DNA from: a virus
Reading direction: 5' to 3' (one strand)
Length of the DNA stretch: 64,000 nucleotides
Virus record (IMG/VR): IMGVR_UViG_3300022602_004810
Span: 23,068 to 87,067 of that record
Positions 29,701-37,849 of the stretch are shown piece after piece. The first letter of the stretch is position 1. The number at the start of each line of letters is the position of its first letter. The notes under the pieces were generated by a model that searched no databases, had not been told where the DNA came from, and worked only from the letters and a program-made list of their open reading frames with translations. Position numbers and translations under genes: made by a program.

Positions 29701-32700
29701 CACCTAAACGAACGTTAGCAATGTTACCACTGTATGTTGGCAAATAGCTGGCCACGTTACTGTTACCATAACTGCTACCACCGCCACCACCTGATGCTAC
29801 AATACCTGTTAAGAACGCACCGTTACCAAATAGATAACCGCCTGTGCTGATATTGCCAAAAGCTGTGATCTGTACTGGATAAGCTGTGTTACCAAATGCC
29901 ACGTTACCTGTGATGTCGTAGGTAGTTGAGTAGCTGTTGCTTACTAAAACTACGTTAGGGCTTGTACCGATGATGTTGTTTACCCCAACGTTACCTGTGT
30001 GTGTTGGCAAGTAACTAGTTACGTTAGCATTGGCATAGGCACTGTTAGTGTTTACATAACCGTTGGTAATTAAATATGAAGCTACGTTACTGTTAGCATA
30101 GGCACTGTTTGTATTAACATAACCATTTGTAATCAGGTAGCTAGCTACGTTACCATTGCCATAACTGCTACCGCCACTGCCAAATGTTGCTAGGTAAGCG
30201 GCTACGTTTACGTTTGAATAGTTAGTGTAGCCCATAGTCTGTGTATAGGCCGCAGTGTTAACGTTGCTGTAGTTAGTATAACTTGTGCCTGCTAGATACG
30301 CGGCTACGTTTACGTTTGAATATAAGTTATAACCTTGTGTGTTTAAATAAGCGGCTACGTTTACATTACCATAGTTACTGCCGCTACCTGTTGCAGCAGT
30401 GGTCATTGTTGTGCCGTCAGCAAATGTCAGTTGACCACTAACCCCTAAACGAATGTTAGCAATATTACCAGTATATGTTGGTAAGTATGTGGCCACTTGT
30501 ACGTTGCTATATCCAGCTGGTAAACCTGTAAGTTGGCTACCATTACCAACAAAGTAGTTAGCTGTGATATAGTTAGCACCACTGATGTTACCGCTAGAAC
30601 CTGTTGTGGTAATATTAGCTACATAGAATGCACCACTGGTAAACACATTACCAGCTGTAATATTACCAGTTGTGGTAATAGTAGCCGTAGTCAAGTAGAC
30701 TGCTACGTTGACGTTTGAATATAAGTTATAACCTTGTGTGTTTAAGTAAGCGGCTACGTTAACGTTTGAGTAGTTAGTGCCACCACTGCTAGCCACAATA
30801 CCAGTTAAGAAATAACCATTGCCTACAAAGTAAGTGGCATTAACGTTGCCCGCAATGTTTACATTGGCACCAGTGATATAAGCACCAGTGTTACCGATTG
30901 TTGGCGCATATACCGCACCAGTTGACACATAGTTAGTTGCGTAAATATAGTTGGCATTGATGTTGCCTGCGCCAACATTACCTGTGTATGTTGGTAAGTA
31001 TGTGGCCACTTGGACGTTGCTGTAATTACTGCTAGCGGCTATACCAGTTAAGAGAGCGCCGTTACCAATGAAATACGTAGCTGTTACGTTACCTGCTACT
31101 GAGATGTTGGCAATGTTGCCCACTTGTAGATAAGTTGCTACACGAGCATTACTGTAGAATGTTTGGCTGTTAACGTAGCCTAGCATGCCAACGTTGGCTG
31201 AGGTAACGTTAGCTGACCAAGCATAGTTAGCCAAGTTAGCTGTGGCTGTAGTTAGATAATTGTTAGTCGACAAGTAAGCCGCTACGTTAACGTTTGAATA
31301 TAAGTTATAACCTTGTGTGTTTAAGTAAGCCGCTACGTTTACATTGCTGTATTGTGTAGGTAATCCCGTTAGGAACTGTCCACTACCAACAAAATTAACG
31401 GCTGTGACGTTACCTGTGGATGTGATGTTACCAGTTACTTGGAATGCGTTAGCTGATTGATTAAAGCGACCAATTTGATTAGCTGAACCTTGCCCGTTTA
31501 CTGAGAACACTATGTCTTTGTTTAGAGCTGTTGATAGTAATAGGTTACCGCCACCTGTTGTAGGGTTGCCATAGACATACAAGTAGCCATCGCCAGGGTA
31601 GTTTAATTCGTTGCCTGCGCCACTTGAGAATTGGCTGCTGTTGATCCCCATGTCAACGTAACCAACAGTAGCATTACCATTGTCCATGGTAACCACTATG
31701 TCACCACTGGCACTAGCACCTGAGTTGATATTTTGTAGATTTAGTTGGCTGTATCCATTAAAGTTGCTGGCTAGTTCTAATATAGTCTGTGCTTGTATTG
31801 AATATCCAGAAGCTATACCACCATATAGTGCACCAAAGCCAGCAGAGCCTCCAAAGAACTGTCCAGTGTTACCTGTAACTGTGGTCAACACCTGTGTGAC
31901 ATTACCAATGGCAGTGATGTTACCATAGACTGTCAAGTTACCACCAATGATAACATTACCGCTGGCACTAATGTTTGAGAAGTAGGCCGCTCCGTGATAA
32001 GTTGGCAAGTAACTGGCCACTTGAATGTTGCTGTATCCCACAGGTAAGCCAGTTAATAAACTACCATTACCTTGGAAATATTGTGCTGTTACGAAACTAT
32101 TACTGGTGATATTACCAGCAACTATTTCATTGTGTTGAACTATTTCTGAATTAACTGTGGTAATGTTACCCTGCACTGTTAGGTTACCAATGGTAACCGT
32201 GCCTGCTAGATAGTTAGCTAGTGCAACATTACTAAATGCTGTGGTTTGTATGGTGTTATCTGGGAATGTAAAATTGCCAGCAGTGTCAAATGCCCAATAG
32301 GCATCGTGGCCAGGGGTAATAGCTTCAACGTGGAATCCACCATTGTCAACATAGACCCAGGTGGTTGATCCCGTCCAATCACTATTAGGATCAACTGTGT
32401 TAGAATTTGCCGACCATTGCATCTGTACAAAAGTATTCGATGCTAGATTGATTGCGCCTGCTCCGTTGTCTGGAGCACGTATTAAACCAACATTAGCTAG
32501 GTTTAATGCACCATAGGCATCAAGGCTTACTATATTAGTGCCATTAATTAAACTATTAGATGATATATTTGCTACATTAGCATTGATTAGGTTAATTTCG
32601 TCTTGTAGAGCTGTGATATTACCTGTAATTGCTGCAACATTAATAGTAGTAGCGTGACCACCAATGGTAGATCCATCATGAACATATAATGTCCAATCAT

Positions 32701-32800
32701 CAGTGTTAATAATAAGTTCACCAGGAAAACCGACATAGGATCCAATCGCTGCGGTATTGCCTCTTCTAAACTGTAAATGTCTTGGGACTGGATATGCCAT
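26765..32800 (-). CDS. Long tail fibre / receptor-binding protein (2011 aa)
   Basis: Mtd-N-like start LQFRRGNT..GEL..HDG.T.GG; many YSN(V/A)(N/Q)VA.YL and GN(I/V)TA repeats; C-terminal lectin-like domain (GADG). Confidence 0.85.
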   Translation of the reverse strand: MAYPVPRHLQFRRGNTAAIGSYVGFPGELIINTDDWTLYVHDGSTIGGHATTINVAAITGNITALQDEINLINANVANISSNSLINGTNIVSLDAYGALNLANVGLIRAPDNGAGAINLASNTFVQMQWSANSNTVDPNSDWTGSTTWVYVDNGGFHVEAITPGHDAYWAFDTAGNFTFPDNTIQTTAFSNVALANYLAGTVTIGNLTVQGNITTVNSEIVQHNEIVAGNITSNSFVTAQYFQGNGSLLTGLPVGYSNIQVASYLPTYHGAAYFSNISASGNVIIGGNLTVYGNITAIGNVTQVLTTVTGNTGQFFGGSAGFGALYGGIASGYSIQAQTILELASNFNGYSQLNLQNINSGASASGDIVVTMDNGNATVGYVDMGINSSQFSSGAGNELNYPGDGYLYVYGNPTTGGGNLLLSTALNKDIVFSVNGQGSANQIGRFNQSANAFQVTGNITSTGNVTAVNFVGSGQFLTGLPTQYSNVNVAAYLNTQGYNLYSNVNVAAYLSTNNYLTTATANLANYAWSANVTSANVGMLGYVNSQTFYSNARVATYLQVGNIANISVAGNVTATYFIGNGALLTGIAASSNYSNVQVATYLPTYTGNVGAGNINANYIYATNYVSTGAVYAPTIGNTGAYITGANVNIAGNVNATYFVGNGYFLTGIVASSGGTNYSNVNVAAYLNTQGYNLYSNVNVAVYLTTATITTTGNITAGNVFTSGAFYVANITTTGSSGNISGANYITANYFVGNGSQLTGLPAGYSNVQVATYLPTYTGNIANIRLGVSGQLTFADGTTMTTAATGSGSNYGNVNVAAYLNTQGYNLYSNVNVAAYLAGTSYTNYSNVNTAAYTQTMGYTNYSNVNVAAYLATFGSGGSSYGNGNVASYLITNGYVNTNSAYANSNVASYLITNGYVNTNSAYANANVTSYLPTHTGNVGVNNIIGTSPNVVLVSNSYSTTYDITGNVAFGNTAYPVQITAFGNISTGGYLFGNGAFLTGIVASGGGGGSSYGNSNVASYLPTYSGNIANVRLGASGVLTFADGTTMTTAATGSAYGNANVAQYLQYGNIANVSVAGNVTARYFIGNGALLTGIASSSNYSNVQVAAYLPTYFGNIGNVTLGASSIAFPYGTQFFEVNSLNSEILVPYQFAINTNGGSVQYTFGNSGYLGLPGGVVFPDSSQQTTAYSNTAVQTYLNTATINTTGNITATYVTGNINVIGNVTGLQPNVTLQAGVYTSVFDNLGNVNVPQLFTAGNIQTAGYFYGNGAFLTGIVASGGSYSNVQVATYLPTYSGNIANIRLGVSGVLTFPDGTTQTTASGSSYSNVQVATFLANSSATFINSNIGTISNLQASATSLFLGANTAIVNSGAVPTFGYATHIGNNIYFDANGVMRFRNTQTGAADLINGPTSLNWYATGGAVTANVATGYTGATSLYMSLSTAGMSLYNNAGLVSSGPVTIQSASGLVTNQSTIAVFNGVGTTINMGGVATTVTIGTTATATGNVFFGGQIGSNTYNLTLRANGQYNIATSITSNGGFNSPPYANQPVIGGSGTGMTANYSATGGYISTLTIYNSGTGYKNGDVISVPGGIAGNSFVLQNYSPNRVGTFTGTALYTFGIDGNLTLAGNVIFPSNSYILGDFSNATVNSRTIFAPTAANASPGIYAVPSGTATSASWQAANSGNLTAASKILIATNGTTDVQLVSGINGAGTYLPLSFYNNGSAQMQLTVAGNLNMTVNNSVSTSGTGYFIGNTVGTTATYTGNVTAGGIVATQYGNSYGTTASYTGNITAGGSSGPQTRFLWDTWQANTTSALSAFTPSGTIGGNATWDSTQAYGLKLTTTTTSQSGYISWNSSTVNYIYDMTITASIGASGGTGADGQWIYFGANAVVSGNPGNTNSFGGIAVFNHFYSGANQFEVYVNGTQTNIPFILEGSSSYNPSGITVWNASYTSFYNLTLKIRKIQNGARMLEVYLNEAYQGAVNIGTWTPSGNYYGVAAYTGGSTAQMWVRQLRIDW
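30303..31339 (-). repeat. Three near-identical ~59-nt direct repeats inside the fibre gene
   Basis: Copies at 30303-30361, 30702-30760 and 31281-31339 share the identical core acgtttgaatataagttataaccttgtgtgtttaa. Confidence 0.9.
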
Positions 32801-32801
32801 T

Positions 32802-33302
32802 CTATAAGGTACCTAAATCAACATCACCACTGTAGTCTGTGGTGCTAGTAGTAAACATGTCTGTGTTGTATGCTGGATTAATATTAAGTTCAGCATAGAC
32901 TTTAAAATTATCATCACTATAAACAGGAGTATTAAATGTGCCATCATTGGCTAGGAACGCTAGCTTATATTTGTTTTGTGGAAGTGTATTTAAGAATTCA
33001 TCTCTGAGCATAATATTAGCCGTTGCCGTAGTAACATTGCTGACTGTTACACTTACGTTAGCTACTACATTTCCCTTTAAATAGTCAATAATATAACCTT
33101 CAAAGCTCAGGCCTGCAATGTTAGCAGCTTTTTGATCTTGGTTTTTGAACTTGATAGTTACTGGATTGTCTGCTCCGCGATAGATTTCAATTGGTCTCTG
33201 ATACACGACACGGTTCCTTATATTTTGTATGTCAGGGTTCTCATAGTCCAGAAGTTGAACAGTGAAAATATTTTGATATAAATAACTTGTGATTAGTGGC
33301 AC
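32802..33302 (-). CDS. Structural protein, possible BppU-N/Ig-like adaptor
   Basis: IYRGADNPVTIKFKNQDQK pattern; first gene of the fibre operon. Confidence 0.55.
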   Translation of the reverse strand: MPLITSYLYQNIFTVQLLDYENPDIQNIRNRVVYQRPIEIYRGADNPVTIKFKNQDQKAANIAGLSFEGYIIDYLKGNVVANVSVTVSNVTTATANIMLRDEFLNTLPQNKYKLAFLANDGTFNTPVYSDDNFKVYAELNINPAYNTDMFTTSTTDYSGDVDLGTL

Positions 33303-33340
33303 TTTTCGTTAATCCCTTTAGTATATTTATCGCGGTACGT

Positions 33341-33715
33341 ATGGAAGACAATATCAAGCATCTATTAGATCAATACCCATTTTTAAGCTTCGTAACCTAC
33401 GGCGGAAACGACTATATTGGCATCATTCAGAATTCGGACGAATTAATTACAACTATCTATGACTATGCCCTACTTAAAGGCATGGATCAGAAAGAAAAGT
33501 TCTTAGATCTAGCTGATCAGTGGTGGTGGGAGAGTAATAGACTAGTGCCTATTAATGTGTTTTTAAAGCAAGACTGGGTAGAATTCAGGATCTGTTTGAA
33601 AACATTCAACAGTAAGGACGTTATAATACAGCACGGTCCTTATGTAAGTTTAAAAGAAATAGCCAGTAAACGTAGTAAACGTCGTAGTATTACACTTGTT
33701 CGTCGAGTAAATTAA
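33341..33715 (+). CDS. Conserved hypothetical protein (isolated plus-strand gene)
   Basis: ATG 33341 downstream of TATAAATA at 33277-33284; WWWESNRLVPINVFL. Confidence 0.75.
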   Translation: MEDNIKHLLDQYPFLSFVTYGGNDYIGIIQNSDELITTIYDYALLKGMDQKEKFLDLADQWWWESNRLVPINVFLKQDWVEFRICLKTFNSKDVIIQHGPYVSLKEIASKRSKRRSITLVRRVN

Positions 33716-34262
33716 GATTTACCACAACCAATTGAGCATAAGCAATCGCATGTGCTTTTTTGAAACTGTACTCGCCTTCAACCTTATCCCAAACAGTTTC
33801 ACTAACTTCCTTCCAAGTCTTACCTATCAAATGTCGTTTACCCGGACGTATGACAGCCAGGAACATAGCTAGTCTAGGAATAGTATCCACAGCTTCTGGC
33901 ATCTTAATCAAGGTATCGTAGTGATTGTTGATGTGAATTAACTGTGAACATATTGCAGGATCATAAAGTTTAGCCCAATCAGGTTCCTTCATTAAGTCAA
34001 GCAAGTGATCTTCACTCTTAACCTGCTTGTATAGATTAACATTAAGAAAGTCTAGTTTAACATATCCGCGACGTTCTGCGTTATTATATTCGATACTGGC
34101 TATACCTGAGAATGGATCCACAGGTATCTCTGTGGCATATACGCCTGTGTTGTGTTTGATCAAATTACCATCACGCATGATACTAGCAGGAGTAACATCA
34201 AGTAATGATAATATCTCTTCGCGGTCTGCAAAATCGATGTCAATATCACTGGTAAATTTCAT
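33690..34262 (-). CDS. Miniature DNA polymerase III alpha (DnaE)-like protein
   Basis: DIDIDF, KHNTGVY, GYVKLDFLNV, LAVIRPG and YSFKKAHAIAYA within 190 aa. Confidence 0.85.
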   Translation of the reverse strand: MKFTSDIDIDFADREEILSLLDVTPASIMRDGNLIKHNTGVYATEIPVDPFSGIASIEYNNAERRGYVKLDFLNVNLYKQVKSEDHLLDLMKEPDWAKLYDPAICSQLIHINNHYDTLIKMPEAVDTIPRLAMFLAVIRPGKRHLIGKTWKEVSETVWDKVEGEYSFKKAHAIAYAQLVVVNLNLLDEQV

Positions 34263-35005
34263 AGTCTAGCCTCTTTAAGTATCATTTTAACCCATTCAGT
34301 ATCTGCTACATAGTCAACAAATTTACGTTGCCAATAATCTGGATCTATCCACGGTAAGATCATAGCAATTTGTTCTTCAGTGAGAGACTCAAGAAACCCT
34401 ACTCCTGAATCACAGTTAAATACAATCCAAGGACTAATCCTACCATTAGTAATATGGTGGCAGATACGGTTACTACTACCATATCTAAAATAATCAACAA
34501 ATCCGTTTTTAAATTCAGGATGTTCATCTGCATAGTCCTGCATTTCTGTTAATGCTCGTTCCAATGCGTCCTGTACAGCTTCCTTCTTTAGGTAAGCATG
34601 TAGATATTCTAGATAAACTTGTTCATGAGTCCAATGATCAAGTTTTTTGTTTTCTTTGATTACATAGTCAATAAACATACGTGGGTTAACAGCACGTATA
34701 GCAACCATATGGCGACCAAACTTAACAAAAGCACTGTAGTAAGGACTATCTACAAAATCACCATAACTTTTAAGTTTAGCACTACCTTGTGTTAGTTCAA
34801 AGAAACGTAAGTATGCCTGTAGGGCAAACTGTACACCTATTTCTTTTTCCTGTTGCCAACGTCGCTTGCTTTCACACAGATGCGCCGCAAGTGTTGATTC
34901 TTTGCGGAACTCTTTGGCACAATAACGACACTTAAAGCTCTGATTTGATGCGCTTGTCATCCCAGCCGAGTTTTCGTGCCATGTCTGTAAGATCTCGTTT
35001 ATCAT
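34259..35005 (-). CDS. C2H2-type zinc-finger protein
   Basis: FKCRYCAKEFRKESTLAAHLC. Confidence 0.7.
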   Translation of the reverse strand: MINEILQTWHENSAGMTSASNQSFKCRYCAKEFRKESTLAAHLCESKRRWQQEKEIGVQFALQAYLRFFELTQGSAKLKSYGDFVDSPYYSAFVKFGRHMVAIRAVNPRMFIDYVIKENKKLDHWTHEQVYLEYLHAYLKKEAVQDALERALTEMQDYADEHPEFKNGFVDYFRYGSSNRICHHITNGRISPWIVFNCDSGVGFLESLTEEQIAMILPWIDPDYWQRKFVDYVADTEWVKMILKEARL

Positions 35006-35405
35006 TAATAGCCGCTAGTAGTTTGATTTCATCGTCTTTAAGTTCTGGATGTAGTGCTGTTAAAAATTTAACAGCCTTGTTGTTAGTTTCTTTCTTCTTG
35101 CTGCCTTGCCAATAGTGATGTTGTTTGCCCATACCAGGACTAACTGAAGTACACATTAGCCATTGTAGTTTAGGATGTTTATTTAGATCAAAAAAGTACT
35201 TGTTTACATTTTCATTTGTTGCTAACAAATAATAAGCCTGCAGGTCTGCATTACCTTGTACACTAGCACCATATCTCAGCATTAGATATGTACTAAACTG
35301 TTTGCGTTCTTCATCAGTGAATTTGTCATAATAGGCACGATCTTTGCGATCAAACGCTAACATTTCATTGCCAATATATAAGGGACTGTTAAAGTCTGTG
35401 GCCAT
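34932..35405 (-). CDS. Putative clamp-loader small subunit (T4 gp62-like)
   Basis: FSTYLMLRY..S, N..VN..FF.L.KH..LQW and H.W pattern; replication context. Confidence 0.5.
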   Translation of the reverse strand: MATDFNSPLYIGNEMLAFDRKDRAYYDKFTDEERKQFSTYLMLRYGASVQGNADLQAYYLLATNENVNKYFFDLNKHPKLQWLMCTSVSPGMGKQHHYWQGSKKKETNNKAVKFLTALHPELKDDEIKLLAAINDKRDLTDMARKLGWDDKRIKSEL

Positions 35406-35644
35406 TATCTACCTCTACGTAATACGCCAATGATTTGTTCTACACTCTGTTGTATGTCACGATATTTACTTTTCATTAGAGAAACTTCCTCTGATAGAAA
35501 TCTTACCTTTTCTTCAAGAGCCATAATCACATCTTTTTGCTCGCGGATAACCTTATCATGCGACATCAGGTTAGGTCTAGGAGGTGCATTTGGATCTACT
35601 GCACGTTTTTTCTTTTGTTTAAATTGTCTAGGATCAAATGCCAT
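35405..35644 (-). CDS. Small coiled-coil protein
   Basis: Heptad pattern; coupled to neighbouring genes. Confidence 0.65.
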   Translation of the reverse strand: MAFDPRQFKQKKKRAVDPNAPPRPNLMSHDKVIREQKDVIMALEEKVRFLSEEVSLMKSKYRDIQQSVEQIIGVLRRGR

Positions 35645-35882
35645 CTTTATATTCCTTGCTTAACTTATATATCATTATAACATGATCTAGTGCTTCTTGT
35701 AAAGTGGAATTGGTCTCGGCGGCATTGCGTATTTCTCTCCACAGCAATTCTTCTTCTATACCTCTATTTAATTTGTAGTCTCGGCCAATTTCAAATCTAT
35801 CAGTAGATCCTGCTTTACGAGCGTATATTACATCATCAACTCGCTCATATATGTAGGTTGCGCCAGGTTCCAGTGTGCCCAT
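35634..35882 (-). CDS. Hypothetical protein
   Basis: PGATYIYER..IYAR motif. Confidence 0.7.
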   Translation of the reverse strand: MGTLEPGATYIYERVDDVIYARKAGSTDRFEIGRDYKLNRGIEEELLWREIRNAAETNSTLQEALDHVIMIYKLSKEYKDGI

Positions 35883-36747
35883 ATATTTCTACCCATTTTT
35901 TGTATAATTTTTCTGCCCATAATCTATGACTTTGTACCCCGTAATGTGTATTATCTTCAGCAACGTCTACTACAGTACCCACATGGCTACAGAATTCGTT
36001 ATATTGATGCAAATATTCTAAACATTTTAAATCATAATCATTTTCGTAATTGCAGGTAAACGTAATTAAAAATTTACTACCGTTCTCTCGTAACCTATTT
36101 AAGGTTCTTAGCACAATTTGTTGAAAATTAAAAAATAAATTTTCTTCACTTAATAAAAAATTATATTTTGATTCTCTATCTATTAATCTATGTATCGCGT
36201 CTGATTTAATATTATTACTATTATCAGAATATCTAATTCTATACATATCAGTAAATTGAACAACCACAGTAGCACGCTCTAGATTATAACAATTCATCAA
36301 ATCTTCAATATCATAATTACTTTTTCCTGGCATACCCAGATTTATATAGTCAGTATTTAATAATTTAGATAAAACGCTAGGATATACAGTTGATTTATCA
36401 CTGTGGCCGTCACCATATGTATGACTACATCCAAAGTATAACATTTGAGATTCTTGTTTTCTATTGTTGTTAACCACCTCTGTTAAATTATGTTCTAATT
36501 CAGCTTGACGAATTCGAACTATATAATTATCATGATCTTTTAAAAAAACAATTTCATCAAATTGCTCAAACAATGATTGTGTAAATGCAAAGCCTGCTTG
36601 TACCGGACAAATGGCATAACTTATTCCAGGTAAAATAGTCGAGCCTGGTCCGGCAATCCACCCTCCGAGATTAACCTTTTTTTGTCTAGCTACAGGTCGC
36701 GCATCTTCAAATCCGCTAATCATATTTACTACAAAAAGTATTACCAT
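35845..36747 (-). CDS. SGNH/GDSL-like hydrolase domain protein (AT-rich)
   Basis: FGCSHTYG, NLGMPGKSN and D..HYG. Confidence 0.7.
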   Translation of the reverse strand: MVILFVVNMISGFEDARPVARQKKVNLGGWIAGPGSTILPGISYAICPVQAGFAFTQSLFEQFDEIVFLKDHDNYIVRIRQAELEHNLTEVVNNNRKQESQMLYFGCSHTYGDGHSDKSTVYPSVLSKLLNTDYINLGMPGKSNYDIEDLMNCYNLERATVVVQFTDMYRIRYSDNSNNIKSDAIHRLIDRESKYNFLLSEENLFFNFQQIVLRTLNRLRENGSKFLITFTCNYENDYDLKCLEYLHQYNEFCSHVGTVVDVAEDNTHYGVQSHRLWAEKLYKKWVEIYGHTGTWRNLHI

Positions 36748-37241
36748 ATTTTACCGTAGTCTACTACTTCGCTCTGGCGACTAATATCTTTAACAAAGTA
36801 AGCACATAGTGGACGCTCACCTTCCGCGATAGGCACCGCTAGCATCTGTCCAGGTTTAAGTTTAGGAAAATACCATTTAACATCTTGATAAATGTCAATA
36901 ATTTCTACAGGATGAAATTCTGGTTTGAAACTTTCCAGTGGATTAAATGTATAAGCACTAAATCCTCGGTCGTTAATTGATGTTAGAGGGATAACTTCTA
37001 GGTCACCAAAGTCTGGTTCACCAATTAAGATCTGCCAATCTGCGGGCATCTTAACTATATTGCCGCCGATGCTTAAGACCAATGCCGGACTGTTAAAACT
37101 TTCTAAAAAGATCAAAGGAATAAAGAAATAATCTGGATTCTTTGGATCACTGTTGTCTAATATCGCAAAACGTAGATCCTCTACTTCATCGGGGATTTCG
37201 TTCATTTCATATGCGGTATTTTCTAAAGTTAAGATGTACAT
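36741..37241 (-). CDS. Conserved hypothetical protein (beta-rich)
   Basis: 166-aa ORF downstream of the UvsW-like helicase. Confidence 0.7.
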   Translation of the reverse strand: MYILTLENTAYEMNEIPDEVEDLRFAILDNSDPKNPDYFFIPLIFLESFNSPALVLSIGGNIVKMPADWQILIGEPDFGDLEVIPLTSINDRGFSAYTFNPLESFKPEFHPVEIIDIYQDVKWYFPKLKPGQMLAVPIAEGERPLCAYFVKDISRQSEVVDYGKIW

Positions 37242-37849
37242 TAATTTCCTTTATTTTGATTTTGTAGAATAATGCCTTGGCCAGGAATTATATCTAAAAT
37301 TTTATATTGATTAGCCAATAAATAGGTCACAATTGGGCCACCTTTACCAGTAAAAACATTATCTTCTCTCTGATATGTATCATCTAATACTACTATCCCA
37401 TCTGAAGACATATAAGGCATTATTCCGATCATTTGTTTCATATGTTCTACTTGACAATCCATATTATTCATATTGATATTATATTTTCGCTTGTACCAAT
37501 CAATTTGATTGTATATATGATCAATTTTTTCACTTGGATTCCAATTCCAATCGTAGTTATCTAAATACACACATTTGATTTTTACTCCAAGGGTCGGCAA
37601 AACTTCTTTAACAAATTGACTTCCCATCATATGATAAAATTCAATAGCACTAGATTCTATTTGTTTATACTGTTGATTAAACATAGTATCATCTATATCA
37701 ACAGTTATTAATTTGGTTTTAAATTTTTCAGCGCGATAAAGGAAATATTCTGTTGATTTTTCTCCTTTGTCAGTGCCTATTTCTAATATTATTTCATTTT
37801 CAGAAACGTTTATTAAATGATTATCTAGTAAATTAAAAGGTGATCCCAC
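37241..37849 (-). CDS. Class I SAM-dependent methyltransferase-like protein (AT-rich)
   Basis: ILEIGT, TVDID, YLD, VLDDT and GKG. Confidence 0.7.
   Translation of the reverse strand: MGSPFNLLDNHLINVSENEIILEIGTDKGEKSTEYFLYRAEKFKTKLITVDIDDTMFNQQYKQIESSAIEFYHMMGSQFVKEVLPTLGVKIKCVYLDNYDWNWNPSEKIDHIYNQIDWYKRKYNINMNNMDCQVEHMKQMIGIMPYMSSDGIVVLDDTYQREDNVFTGKGGPIVTYLLANQYKILDIIPGQGIILQNQNKGN

Noticed and set aside
26765-32800. Diversity-generating retroelement target
   Set aside because: An Mtd-N-like domain is present, but no reverse transcriptase or adenine-variable TR/VR pair was seen; the internal repeats differ at synonymous positions.
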